Assembly: GCF_029227855.1 (NCBI RefSeq)
Contig: NZ_CP074356.1
Reading direction: 5' to 3' (one strand)
Source of the DNA: Escherichia coli
GTDB lineage: Bacteria > Pseudomonadota > Gammaproteobacteria > Enterobacterales > Enterobacteriaceae
Length of the DNA: 64,000 bases
The position numbers were made by a program, and so were the translations under genes. Position 1 is the first letter of the stretch, and the number at the start of each line of letters is the position of its first letter. Positions 1 to 14,094 of the stretch are shown one piece after another. The notes under the pieces are model-generated. The model was not told the origin of the DNA, did not search any database, and was given only the letters and a program-made list of their open reading frames with translations.

Positions 1-956
1 CTGGGCAAAACCATGACCCGGAACAGATTGATTTGATTGATTTACTAGTGCAGTTGTGGCGTGGCAAGATGACAATCATCATTTCCGTCATTGTGGCTAT
101 TGCCCTGGCTATTGGATATTTGGCAGTAGCGAAGGAGAAATGGACGTCAACAGCAATTATCACTCAGCCCGATGTGGGGCAAATTGCTGGCTATAACAAT
201 GCCATGAATGTTATCTATGGTCAGGCTGCACCGAAAGTATCGGATTTGCAGGAGACGTTAATTGGTCGCTTCAGTTCTGCCTTCTCTGCATTAGCAGAAA
301 CGCTGGATAATCAGGAAGAACCAGAAAAACTTACCATCGAACCTTCTGTTAAGAACCAGCAATTACCATTGACTGTTTCTTATGTTGGGCAAACTGCAGA
401 GGGCGCACAAATGAAGTTGGCCCAATACATTCAGCAAGTTGACGATAAAGTGAATCAAGAGTTAGAAAAGGATCTCAAGGACAACATTGCTCTGGGACGG
501 AAAAACTTGCAGGACTCTTTAAGAACGCAGGAAGTGGTTGCGCAGGAGCAGAAAGATCTGCGTATCCGTCAGATTCAGGAAGCGTTGCAGTATGCGAATC
601 AGGCGCAGGTGACAAAACCGCAGATTCAACAGACTGGCGAAGATATCACACAAGATACGTTGTTCCTTTTGGGGAGCGAAGCGCTGGAGTCGATGATTAA
701 GCATGAGGCGACTCGTCCGTTGGTGTTCTCACCAAACTACTATCAGACACGTCAAAACCTGCTGGATATCGAAAGCTTAAAAGTTGATGATCTTGATATT
801 CATGCTTACCGTTATGTGATGAAACCGACGTTACCTATTCGTCGCGATAGCCCGAAAAAGGCAATTACCTTGATTCTGGCAGTGCTGCTGGGTGGCATGG
901 TTGGCGCGGGGATTGTGCTGGGGCGTAACGCTCTGCGTAATTACAACGCGAAGTAA
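1..956 (+). CDS. wzzB: O-antigen chain-length determinant WzzB (Cld), 5' end cut by window edge
   Basis: The frame is open from base 3 (GQNHDPEQIDLIDLL...) to TAA at 954-956. It has N- and C-terminal TM segments around a long coiled region. Recognised as E. coli WzzB. Confidence 0.9.
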   Translation, partial: GQNHDPEQIDLIDLLVQLWRGKMTIIISVIVAIALAIGYLAVAKEKWTSTAIITQPDVGQIAGYNNAMNVIYGQAAPKVSDLQETLIGRFSSAFSALAETLDNQEEPEKLTIEPSVKNQQLPLTVSYVGQTAEGAQMKLAQYIQQVDDKVNQELEKDLKDNIALGRKNLQDSLRTQEVVAQEQKDLRIRQIQEALQYANQAQVTKPQIQQTGEDITQDTLFLLGSEALESMIKHEATRPLVFSPNYYQTRQNLLDIESLKVDDLDIHAYRYVMKPTLPIRRDSPKKAITLILAVLLGGMVGAGIVLGRNALRNYNAK

Positions 957-974
957 TCTTTTCGGTTTTAAAGA

Positions 975-1011
975 AAACGGGCAGGGTGGTGACACCTTGC
1001 CCGTTTTTTTT
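975..1011 (+). terminator. Rho-independent terminator after wzzB
   Basis: Hairpin aacgggcaggg...ccttgcccgtt followed by a T8 run. Confidence 0.6.
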
Positions 1012-1040
1012 GCCGGATGCGACAACAACATCGCATCCGC
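1012..1040. repeat. REP-like palindromic unit between convergent wzzB and hisI
   Basis: gccggatgcgac-aacaac-atcgcatccgc, an imperfect hairpin of the GCCGGATGCG REP type. Confidence 0.4.
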
Positions 1041-1052
1041 TCAGCACGCCAC

Positions 1053-1657
1053 TCACTGATGCCGTTTACGCAGGTTCTCAATTACCGTCGTTAAATCCAG
1101 ATCCTGATCCTGCAACAACACCAGCAGGTGATACATCAAGTCAGATGCTTCGTTGGTCAGTTCAAAGCGGTCATGCACCGTTGCGGCCAGTGCGGTTTCC
1201 ACGCCTTCTTCGCCCACTTTCTGCGCAATGCGTTTGGTGCCGCTGGCATACAGTTTGGCTGTGTAAGAGGTTTCCGGGTCGGCAGATTTGCGTTCGGCGA
1301 GCAGTTGTTCCAGTTGATACAGGAACAGCCACTGGTGAGCGGTGTCGCCGAAGCAGCTGCTGGTACCTTTGTGGCAGGTTGGCCCGATTGGATTTGCCAG
1401 CACCAGTAACGTGTCGTTGTCGCAGTCCGGAGCAATACTCACCACATTGAGAAAATTGCCCGACGTTTCGCCTTTGGTCCACAGTCGCTGTTTAGTGCGC
1501 GAGAAGAAGGTGACATTGCCGCTTTCGATGGTTTTGTCCAGAGCTTCCGGGGTCATATAGCCCAGCATTAACACTTCGCCAGATACCGCGTGTTGCACAA
1601 TCACCGGCATAAGTCCGTCGGTTTTTTCCCAGTCCAGTTCGCGACGTTGTTGTTCTG

Positions 1658-1664
<7 letters not shown>
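1053..1664 (-). CDS. hisI: Bifunctional phosphoribosyl-AMP cyclohydrolase / phosphoribosyl-ATP pyrophosphatase
   Basis: 203-aa ORF ([25 protein letters not shown]...), last gene of the his operon. Its start overlaps the hisF stop. Confidence 0.97.
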
Positions 1665-3742
<2,078 letters not shown>

Positions 3743-3743
<1 letters not shown>

Positions 3744-4809
3744 TACAGCACTCCTTTCGACGAGGGCAGAGTATCGCCTTCCACGCGGATGGCCTGGCGC
3801 AGGGTGCGACCAAAGGCTTTAAAGAGACTCTCTACACGGTGATGATCGTTTTTACCTTTGGTTTTCAGGTGCAACGTCACGCCCATGGTGTAAGAGAGCG
3901 AACGGAAGAAGTGCTCGATCATTTCAGTGCTGAGATCGCCCACGCGCTGGTAGGTAAATTCAGCTTTATATTCCAGGTGCGGGCGACCAGAGATATCCAG
4001 CGCGCAGCGGGCAAGGCATTCGTCCATCGGCAGCACAAAACCAAAGCGGCAAATACCGCGTTTGTCGCCAAGAGCAATTTTTAACGCTTCGCCCAGCGCC
4101 AGGCCGGTATCTTCGACGGTGTGGTGATCGTCGATATAGAGGTCGCCTTTGACGTTGATTTCCATGCGGAAACCGCCGTGGGTAGCGATCTGATCCAGCA
4201 TGTGATCAAAGAAGCCAACACCGGTGTTAATCTTGCTGCCACCTTCGCGATCCAGCCACACCTGGACGTCAATTTGCGTCTCTTTGGTGTTGCGCACTAC
4301 ATGGGCGTAACGGTCTCGTTTAGTGAGCTGCTCGCCAATCATTGGCCAGTTCAGGGTTTCGCGGTCATAGCGTAAACCATTAATGCCCATGTTTTCCGCC
4401 AGCTGAATATCGGTCGCGCGATCGCCAATCACATAACTATTGGCACGATCCATCGCTTGCTCAGCGAGATAACGCTCCACCAGTTTTACTTTCGGCTTAC
4501 GGCAGTCGCACTCATCGGCGGGCAGGTGAGGACAAATCAGCACTTCATCAAACTGCACGCCTTGCGAGGTGAAGATCTGCATCATCAGGTTGTGCGGGCC
4601 ATCAAAATCCTCCTGCGGGAAACTTTGTGTTCCAAGACCATCCTGATTAGTGATCATCACCAGCTTGTAGCCCGCTTTTTGCAGCTTCAGCAGCTCCGGG
4701 ATCACGCCTGGTTCAAAGGCGAGTTTGTCAAAACGGTCCACCTGAAAATCACTCGGCGGTTCGCTAATCAGGGTTCCATCGCGATCGATAAAAAGATACT
4801 TCTGACTCA

Positions 4810-4810
<1 letters not shown>
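3743..4810 (-). CDS. hisB: Bifunctional histidinol-phosphatase / imidazoleglycerol-phosphate dehydratase
   Basis: The second Met ([15 protein letters not shown]) gives the 355-aa protein with a HAD motif DRDGT. The start overlaps the hisC stop. Confidence 0.96.
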
Positions 4811-7181
<2,371 letters not shown>

Positions 7182-7186
7182 GGCGA

Positions 7187-8086
7187 TCACTCCATCATCT
7201 TCTCAATCGGCAGCACCAGGATTGAACTGGCACCCAGCGCTTTCAGTTTTTCCATCGTTTCCCAGAACAGGGTTTCGCTACTGACCATGTGCATCGCTAC
7301 GCGCTGTTGATCACCTGCCAGCGGCAGAATAGTTGGGCGTTCGGCACCTGGCAGCAGGGCGATGACTTCATCCAGACGTTCAGTCGGTGCGTGCATCATG
7401 ATGTATTTTGATTCGCGCGCCTGGATCACGCCCTGAATACGGGTCAGCAGCTTGTCGATCAGTTGCTGTTTAGATTCTTCCATTTCGCCATCGCGCTGGA
7501 TCAGGCAGGCTTTCGAGCGGTAGATAACTTCGACTTCGCGCAGGCCGTTAGCTTCCAGCGTGGCACCGGTGGAAACCAGATCGCAAATCGCATCCGCCAG
7601 TCCGGCGCGCGGGGCGACTTCAACAGAACCGTTCAGTAAGCAGGATTTAAAAGAGATGCCTTTCTGGTCGAGATAACGCTTGAGCAGGTGAGGATAAGAG
7701 GTGGCGATACGTTTACCGTTTAAGGAGAGCGGACCGTCCCAGGCTTCATCAACCGGCGTTGCCAGCGAAAGGCGGCAGCCGCCGAAATCCAGTCGACGCA
7801 GGGTAAAGTAGCGCGGATCTTCACCCTGGGCTCGGCGGTTAAGCAGCTCTTCTTCCAGCACGTTTTCGCCGATAATCCCAAGGTCTACCACGCCGTCCAT
7901 TACCAGACCGGGAATGTCGTCGTCACGCACGCGCAGAATATCAATCGGCATGTTTTCTGCCATCGCGATCAGGCGCTGGGTGTGAAGATTGATTTTAATG
8001 CCACAGCGCGCCAGCAATTCGCGTGAGTCATCACTTAAACGGCCGGATTTCTGCATAGCTATGCGTAAACGAGTGTTGTCTGTCAT
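7187..8086 (-). CDS. hisG: ATP phosphoribosyltransferase
   Basis: The Met at [20 protein letters not shown] gives the 299-aa HisG. The longer track ORF runs into the attenuator. Confidence 0.95.
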
Positions 8087-8134
8087 TTTCTTATTCCTCT
8101 TTAAACCTGTCTGAACCGTTATCAACAGCGCAAT

Positions 8135-8167
8135 AAAAAAGCCCCCGGAAGGTGATCTTCCGGGGGC
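8135..8167 (-). terminator. his attenuator terminator hairpin
   Basis: The minus strand reads gcccccggaagatcaccttccgggggc followed by TTTTTT. It lies between hisL and hisG. Confidence 0.85.
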
Positions 8168-8231
8168 TTTCTCATGCGTTCATGCACCACTGGAAGATCT
8201 GAATGTCTTCCAGCACACATCGCCTGAAAGA

Positions 8232-8282
8232 CTAGTCAGGATGATGGTGATGATGGTGGTGTTTAAATTGAACGCGTGTCAT
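8232..8282 (-). CDS. hisL: his operon leader peptide with 7 consecutive His codons
   Basis: Minus strand ATGACACGCGTTCAATTTAAACACCACCATCATCACCATCATCCTGACTAG encodes MTRVQFKHHHHHHHPD. Confidence 0.95.
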   Translation of the reverse strand: MTRVQFKHHHHHHHPD

Positions 8283-8320
8283 AAAAGTCTCTGTGAATGT
8301 TTATTCAACTGATGTCTTTT

Positions 8321-8350
8321 AACCTAAACCACTTTCACGTTAGAAAGCAA
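8321..8350 (-). promoter_or_regulatory. his operon sigma70 promoter
   Basis: The minus strand has TTGCTT (8350-8345), an 18-nt spacer and TAGGTT (8326-8321), about 40 nt upstream of hisL. Confidence 0.55.
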
Positions 8351-8527
8351 GGGCTTTTTTATATATTTTATGGCGATGGATTTGTTTAATGAATGAGCGG
8401 GGAAAGGAGGGGGCTAAGAGGACTGTCCTCTAACCTGACGGCACCAAAAATAGCGAAGCCTGGATTTTCGTCTCACTGACAATATCTTGATCTACAAACT
8501 AATTAATAAATAGTTAATTAACGCCCA

Positions 8528-8551
8528 TCATTGTACAATGAGCTGTACATA
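8528..8551 (+). promoter_or_regulatory. yefM-yoeB operator (adjacent palindromes with TGTACA cores)
   Basis: tcattgtacaatga and gctgtacat each carry TGTACA (8532-8537, 8544-8549), just upstream of the yefM SD sequence. Confidence 0.6.
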
Positions 8552-8564
8552 AGAGGAGATTGAT

Positions 8565-8816
8565 ATGCGTACAATTAGCTACAGCGAAGCGCGTCAGAAT
8601 TTGTCGGCAACAATGATGAAAGCCGTTGAAGATCATGCCCCGATCCTTATTACTCGTCAGAATGGAGAGGCTTGTGTTCTGATGTCACTCGAAGAATACA
8701 ACTCGCTGGAAGAGACGGCTTATCTACTGCGCTCCCCCGCTAACGCCCGGAGATTGATGGACTCAATCGATAGCCTGAAATCAGGCAAAGGAACGGAAAA
8801 GGACATTATTGAGTGA
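8565..8816 (+). CDS. yefM: Antitoxin YefM (Phd/YefM family)
   Basis: 83-aa ORF ([41 protein letters not shown]...). The stop overlaps the yoeB start. Confidence 0.95.
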
Positions 8817-9067
8817 AACTAATCTGGTCTGAGGAGTCATGGGATGATTATCTGTACTGGCAGGAAACAGATAAGCGAATTGTTAAAAAGATCATTGAAC
8901 TTATCAAAGATACCCGCAGAACACCATTTGAAGGTAAGGGGAAGCCAGAACCCCTGAAGCATAATTTGTCAGGCTTCTGGTCCCGACGCATTACAGAGGA
9001 GCACCGTCTGGTATACGCGGTTACCGACGATTCACTGCTCATTGCAGCATGTCGTTATCATTATTGA
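8813..9067 (+). CDS. yoeB: Ribosome-dependent mRNA interferase toxin YoeB
   Basis: 84-aa ORF with a GTG start ([21 protein letters not shown]...[10 protein letters not shown]), RelE/YoeB family. Confidence 0.95.
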
Positions 9068-9149
9068 ACAGATTCATTCATAGAATGAATTGTCAGTTTT
9101 GATACGCTAGCGTAGCCTTATAGATCTAAGGTGTATCAGGAGATAACGG

Positions 9150-9974
9150 ATGAAAAAGGTCGCAATTGTCGGGTTAGGGTGGTTAGGCATGCCGCTGGCG
9201 ATGTCACTTTCAGCGCGAGGCTGGCAAGTCACCGGGAGTAAAACCACGCAAGATGGTGTCGAAGCGGCCCGAATGAGTGGCATTGATAGTTATCTGCTTC
9301 GCATGGAGCCTGAGTTAGTTTGCGATTCTGACGATCTGGATGCCCTGATGGATACCGATGCGCTGGTCATTACGCTTCCGGCACGTCGTAGCGGCCCCGG
9401 CGATGAGTTCTATTTACAAGCGGTACAAGAGTTAGTGGATAGCGCGCTGGCCCATCGTATTCCCCGCATTATTTTCACCAGCTCAACATCTGTCTATGGC
9501 GATGCGCAAGGCACGGTGAAAGAAACTACCCCGCGTAATCCGGTGACCAACAGTGGACGAGTATTAGAAGAGCTCGAAGACTGGCTGCACAATTTACCCG
9601 GTACTTCGGTCGATATTCTGCGTCTTGCGGGGCTGGTCGGACCGGGACGTCATCCCGGACGCTTCTTTGCCGGAAAAACCGCCCCTGATGGTGAACATGG
9701 TGTTAATTTAGTCCATTTAGAAGATGTTATTGGCGCTATCACTCTGTTGTTACAGGCACCTAAAGGCGGACACATCTATAATATATGTGCGCCAGCTCAC
9801 CCTGCGCGTAATGTTTTCTATCCGCAGATGGCCCGTTTACTGGGGCTGGAACCTCCGCAGTTCAGAAATAGTCTGGACAGCGGCAAAGGTAAGATTATTG
9901 ATGGCAGTCGGATTTGTAATGAACTGGGATTTGAATACCAGTATCCCGATCCGCTGGTAATGCCGCTGGAGTAA
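9150..9974 (+). CDS. yeeZ: NAD(P)-binding Rossmann-fold protein YeeZ
   Basis: 274-aa ORF with an N-terminal GxGxxG (IVGLGWLG) and a good SD (aggagataacggATG). Confidence 0.9.
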   Translation: MKKVAIVGLGWLGMPLAMSLSARGWQVTGSKTTQDGVEAARMSGIDSYLLRMEPELVCDSDDLDALMDTDALVITLPARRSGPGDEFYLQAVQELVDSALAHRIPRIIFTSSTSVYGDAQGTVKETTPRNPVTNSGRVLEELEDWLHNLPGTSVDILRLAGLVGPGRHPGRFFAGKTAPDGEHGVNLVHLEDVIGAITLLLQAPKGGHIYNICAPAHPARNVFYPQMARLLGLEPPQFRNSLDSGKGKIIDGSRICNELGFEYQYPDPLVMPLE

Positions 9975-10019
9975 ACGATCACGCCAGCAGGACGCCGCAT
10001 GCACTGCAAGGGGGCGTGT

Positions 10020-10949
10020 ATGAAACCACTGCTGGATGTGTTGATGATCCTCGATGCCTTAGAAAAAGAAGGCAGTTTTGCGGCGGCGTCGGCCAAACTC
10101 TACAAGACGCCGTCCGCTCTGAGTTACACCGTTCACAAGTTGGAAAGCGACCTTAATATTCAATTGCTTGATCGTAGCGGACACCGCGCTAAATTCACCC
10201 GCACCGGAAAAATGTTATTAGAGAAAGGGCGGGAAGTTCTGCATACCGTGCGGGAACTGGAAAAGCAGGCGATCAAACTGCATGAAGGCTGGGAAAACGA
10301 GCTGGTGATTGGTGTGGACGACACCTTCCCTTTTTCTCTGCTTGCGCCACTCATTGAAGCTTTTTATCAACATCATAGTGTGACGCGCCTGAAGTTTATC
10401 AATGGCGTACTCGGTGGTTCCTGGGATGCCCTGACTCAGGGGCGAGCGGATATTATTGTTGGCGCGATGCATGAGCCACCATCTTCCAGTGAGTTTGGTT
10501 TTTCACGGTTGGGCGATCTGGAACAAGTCTTTGCGGTCGCGCCTCATCATCCGTTAGCCCTGGAAGAAGAACCCTTAAACCGTCGTATCATTAAGCGATA
10601 TCGGGCGATTGTGGTGGGGGACACTGCGCAGGCCGGCGCTTCTACGGCCTCACAACTTCTCGACGAACAAGAAGCCATTACCGTTTTCGATTTTAAAACC
10701 AAGCTGGAGCTGCAAATTAGCGGCCTCGGCTGCGGCTATTTACCCCGTTATCTGGCGCAACGTTTTCTCGATAGTGGCGCGTTAATCGAGAAGAAAGTGG
10801 TCGCCCAAACTCTCTTTGAACCCGTCTGGATTGGCTGGAACGAACAGACCGCAGGACTTGCCAGTGGCTGGTGGCGGGATGAAATTTTAGCAAATAGTGC
10901 GATCGCCGGTGTTTATGCAAAATCTGATGACGGAAAATCAGCCATTTAA
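10020..10949 (+). CDS. yeeY: LysR-family transcriptional regulator YeeY
   Basis: The Met at MKPLLDVLMILDALEKEGSFAAAS gives 309 aa with an N-terminal wHTH and a LysR substrate domain. Confidence 0.9.
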   Translation: MKPLLDVLMILDALEKEGSFAAASAKLYKTPSALSYTVHKLESDLNIQLLDRSGHRAKFTRTGKMLLEKGREVLHTVRELEKQAIKLHEGWENELVIGVDDTFPFSLLAPLIEAFYQHHSVTRLKFINGVLGGSWDALTQGRADIIVGAMHEPPSSSEFGFSRLGDLEQVFAVAPHHPLALEEEPLNRRIIKRYRAIVVGDTAQAGASTASQLLDEQEAITVFDFKTKLELQISGLGCGYLPRYLAQRFLDSGALIEKKVVAQTLFEPVWIGWNEQTAGLASGWWRDEILANSAIAGVYAKSDDGKSAI

Positions 10950-11035
10950 AGAAAAATTATTATGACAAGCCTCTCATTCTCTTGTCATTTCCCCCCCATT
11001 TAGGCACAATGCGCCGCTGTCAAAAAATGACTAAA

Positions 11036-11068
11036 AACCGACGTTTCATCAGCGTCGGTTATTTTTTG
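11036..11068 (+). terminator. Terminator after yeeY
   Basis: aaccgacg-tttcatcag-cgtcggtt followed by a TTTTTT run. Confidence 0.55.
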
Positions 11069-11163
11069 CTTCAAACCAATCATTCATACCAAGAGGCCGG
11101 GCTTCGTACCGGATAGATATTTACTAAAAATCGACAGTTGTTGTCGCTGAGGAATCCAAAAAA

Positions 11164-11226
11164 ATGGGGCAATTTTTTGCTTACGCGACGGTTATCACCG
11201 TAAAGGAGAATGACCATGTCGCATAA
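11164..11226 (+). CDS. yoeI: 20-aa small protein / upstream ORF overlapping the plaP start
   Basis: ATGGGGCAATTTTTTGCTTAC...GTCGCATAA encodes [20 protein letters not shown]. Recalled as K-12 small protein YoeI. Confidence 0.55.
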   Translation: MGQFFAYATVITVKENDHVA

Positions 11227-12574
11227 CGTTACTCCAAACACCTCTCGCGTGGAATTGCGTAAAACGCTTACGTTAGTTCCGGTTGTAATGATGGGTCTTG
11301 CCTATATGCAGCCGATGACGCTGTTTGATACTTTTGGTATCGTTTCAGGCCTCACGGATGGTCATGTGCCGACAGCCTATGCGTTCGCATTGATTGCGAT
11401 CCTGTTTACGGCTCTGAGCTACGGGAAGCTGGTTCGCCGCTATCCTTCTGCTGGCTCTGCATACACTTACGCCCAGAAATCCATTAGCCCGACTGTCGGC
11501 TTTATGGTGGGTTGGTCTTCTCTGCTCGACTATCTGTTCGCGCCGATGATCAACATTCTGCTGGCGAAAATCTATTTTGAAGCTCTGGTGCCTTCCATTC
11601 CATCGTGGATGTTTGTGGTGGCGCTGGTGGCCTTTATGACCGCCTTTAACCTGCGTAGTCTGAAATCCGTAGCGAACTTCAACACTGTAATCGTCGTGTT
11701 GCAGGTAGTGCTGATCGCGGTGATCCTGGGCATGGTTGTTTATGGCGTATTTGAAGGTGAAGGCGCGGGTACGCTGGCGAGCACTCGTCCGTTCTGGTCT
11801 GGCGATGCGCATGTTATCCCGATGATTACCGGGGCGACAATCCTGTGCTTCTCCTTTACCGGCTTTGACGGCATCAGCAACCTGTCGGAAGAAACCAAAG
11901 ATGCAGAGCGCGTGATCCCGCGTGCGATTTTCCTGACCGCGCTGATCGGCGGCATGATCTTCATCTTTGCAACTTACTTCCTGCAACTGTATTTCCCGGA
12001 TATCTCTCGCTTTAAAGATCCGGATGCGTCACAGCCTGAAATCATGCTGTACGTTGCGGGTAAAGCGTTCCAGGTTGGCGCGCTGATCTTCTCCACCATT
12101 ACCGTACTGGCGTCCGGTATGGCGGCGCACGCAGGCGTAGCGCGTCTGATGTACGTAATGGGGCGTGATGGCGTGTTCCCGAAAAGCTTCTTCGGTTATG
12201 TACACCCGAAATGGCGTACTCCGGCGATGAACATCATCCTGGTTGGCGCGATTGCTCTGCTGGCAATCAACTTCGACCTGGTAATGGCTACGGCGCTGAT
12301 TAACTTTGGTGCGCTGGTGGCGTTCACCTTCGTTAACCTGTCGGTTATTTCGCAGTTCTGGATTCGTGAGAAGCGTAACAAGACGCTGAAAGATCACTTC
12401 CAGTATCTGTTCCTGCCGATGTGTGGTGCGCTGACCGTTGGTGCGCTGTGGGTTAACCTGGAAGAAAGCTCAATGGTTCTGGGTCTGATCTGGGCGGCTA
12501 TCGGTCTGATTTACCTGGCTTGCGTCACCAAGAGCTTCCGTAATCCGGTTCCGCAGTACGAAGACGTAGCATAA
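11216..12574 (+). CDS. plaP: Low-affinity putrescine importer (APC superfamily)
   Basis: The Met at [16 protein letters not shown] gives 452 aa. It is a 12-TM amino-acid/polyamine permease. Confidence 0.93.
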   Translation: MSHNVTPNTSRVELRKTLTLVPVVMMGLAYMQPMTLFDTFGIVSGLTDGHVPTAYAFALIAILFTALSYGKLVRRYPSAGSAYTYAQKSISPTVGFMVGWSSLLDYLFAPMINILLAKIYFEALVPSIPSWMFVVALVAFMTAFNLRSLKSVANFNTVIVVLQVVLIAVILGMVVYGVFEGEGAGTLASTRPFWSGDAHVIPMITGATILCFSFTGFDGISNLSEETKDAERVIPRAIFLTALIGGMIFIFATYFLQLYFPDISRFKDPDASQPEIMLYVAGKAFQVGALIFSTITVLASGMAAHAGVARLMYVMGRDGVFPKSFFGYVHPKWRTPAMNIILVGAIALLAINFDLVMATALINFGALVAFTFVNLSVISQFWIREKRNKTLKDHFQYLFLPMCGALTVGALWVNLEESSMVLGLIWAAIGLIYLACVTKSFRNPVPQYEDVA

Positions 12575-12592
12575 TCATCTTTTCTAATAATA

Positions 12593-12630
12593 AACCGGAG
12601 TCGAATGAATATTTGGCTCCGGTTTTTTTA
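12593..12630 (+). terminator. Terminator after plaP
   Basis: aaccggag-16 nt-ctccggtt followed by a T7 run. Confidence 0.6.
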
Positions 12631-12752
12631 TTCTTTTTTATCGACATCCTCATTGATAACCATTTGTTCTAATTTAGAGAATTTGGTTATTGGTCTGCAT
12701 TCCACCAGTCATGAATAATTTCCCCATTAACATTCATCTGGTTAATTAATTT

Positions 12753-13811
12753 ATGTTTTCAATGATATTAAGCGGGCTAATTTGTGGTGCTCTGCTGGGA
12801 TTTGTCATGCAGCGTGGGCGTTTTTGCCTGACAGGTGGTTTTCGCGATATGTATATCGCGAAAAATAATCGCATGTTTTACGCCTTGCTGATTGCAATTT
12901 CGGTACAAAGCGTGGGGGTTTTTGCGTTAATTCAGGCGGGCCTACTGACTTACGAAGCCGGGGCGTTCCCGTGGCTTGGTACTGTTATAGGTGGGTATCT
13001 TTTCGGGCTGGGAATTGTTCTGGCGGGTGGATGTGCCACCGGGACCTGGTATCGCGCGGGTGAGGGATTGATCGGCAGTTGGATCGCGCTTTTCACTTAT
13101 ATGGTGATGAGTGCGGTGATGCGTTCTCCACACGCCAGTGGTTTAAATCAAACCTTGCAGCACTACAGTACTGAACATAACTCTATTGCTGAGACTTTTA
13201 ATTTGTCTGTGTGGCCGTTGGTTGCCGTTTTGCTGGTGATAACGCTCTGGGTAGTGATGAAAGAGTTGAAGAAACCAAAATTAAAAGTCGCGACCTTACC
13301 GCCGCGCCGAACCGGGATCGCTCATATTCTGTTTGAAAAACGCTGGCATCCCTTTGTCACTGCTGTACTCATCGGTTTGATTGCGCTTTTAGCCTGGCCC
13401 CTGAGTGAAGCAACCGGACGCATGTTTGGGTTAGGAATCACTTCCCCAACGGCCAATATTCTGCAATTTCTGGTCGCGGGTGACGTGAAATACATTAACT
13501 GGGGCGTTTTCCTGGTGTTAGGGATCTTCGTGGGGTCATTTATTGCAGCCAAAGCGAGTCGTGAGTTCCGCGTTCGCGCAGCTGATGCACAAACAACATT
13601 ACGTAGCGGGTTAGGTGGTGTACTGATGGGCTTCGGTGCCAGTATTGCAGGTGGTTGCTCTATCGGTAATGGACTGGTTATGACTGCAATGATGACCTGG
13701 CAGGGCTGGATTGGCCTTGTATTTATGATTCTCGGAGTCTGGACTGCGTCCTGGCTTGTGTATGTTCGACCGCAGCGTAAGGCGCGACTGGCAACTGCTG
13801 CGGCAAATTAA
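12753..13811 (+). CDS. yeeE: Thiosulfate transporter YeeE/TsuA (sulphur transport, YeeE/YedE family)
   Basis: 352-aa polytopic membrane ORF with repeated GGCxxG motifs (LAGGCATGT, AGGCSIGN). Confidence 0.9.
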   Translation: MFSMILSGLICGALLGFVMQRGRFCLTGGFRDMYIAKNNRMFYALLIAISVQSVGVFALIQAGLLTYEAGAFPWLGTVIGGYLFGLGIVLAGGCATGTWYRAGEGLIGSWIALFTYMVMSAVMRSPHASGLNQTLQHYSTEHNSIAETFNLSVWPLVAVLLVITLWVVMKELKKPKLKVATLPPRRTGIAHILFEKRWHPFVTAVLIGLIALLAWPLSEATGRMFGLGITSPTANILQFLVAGDVKYINWGVFLVLGIFVGSFIAAKASREFRVRAADAQTTLRSGLGGVLMGFGASIAGGCSIGNGLVMTAMMTWQGWIGLVFMILGVWTASWLVYVRPQRKARLATAAAN

Positions 13812-13824
13812 GTAAGGTGTAAAG

Positions 13825-14052
13825 ATGGCGATTAAAAAGCTGGATGTGGTGACGCAGGTCTGTCCGTTTCCACTCATAGAAGCAAAAGCAGCACTGGCAG
13901 AAATGGCCAGCGGCGATGAGTTGGTAATTGAGTTTGATTGCACCCAGGCAACTGAAGCAATCCCACAGTGGGCGGCAGAAGAAGGACATGCCATCACCGA
14001 TTATCAGCAGATTGGCGATGCAGCGTGGAGCATCACCGTTCAAAAAGCCTGA
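13825..14052 (+). CDS. yeeD: TusA-like sulfurtransferase YeeD/TsuB
   Basis: 75-aa ORF with the TusA-family CPxP motif (VTQVCPFPLIEAK), 13 nt after yeeE. Confidence 0.9.
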   Translation: MAIKKLDVVTQVCPFPLIEAKAALAEMASGDELVIEFDCTQATEAIPQWAAEEGHAITDYQQIGDAAWSITVQKA

Positions 14053-14063
14053 CTCAAAATTGT

Positions 14064-14087
14064 CCTCCGCCGTACCAGCGGCGGAGG
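14064..14087. terminator. Shared hairpin between convergent yeeD and sbcB
   Basis: cctccgccg-taccag-cggcggagg, perfect 9-bp arms. Confidence 0.55.
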
Positions 14088-14094
14088 CTTCACA

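Noticed and set aside
986-1450. 154-aa plus-strand ORF, and several other 60-100-aa ORFs, overlapping hisI-hisD on the opposite strand or in other frames
   Set aside because: They lie entirely inside well-supported his genes. Their products are Arg/Pro/Cys-rich with no start context. They are typical shadow ORFs.
8565-9067. yefM-yoeB as a novel toxin-antitoxin system
   Set aside because: It is a textbook type II TA pair at its usual chromosomal position next to the his operon.
11345-11986. 213-aa minus-strand ORF inside plaP
   Set aside because: It is antisense to a clear 12-TM permease gene. The product is highly basic (His/Arg/Gln-rich), as expected from reading a membrane-protein gene backwards.
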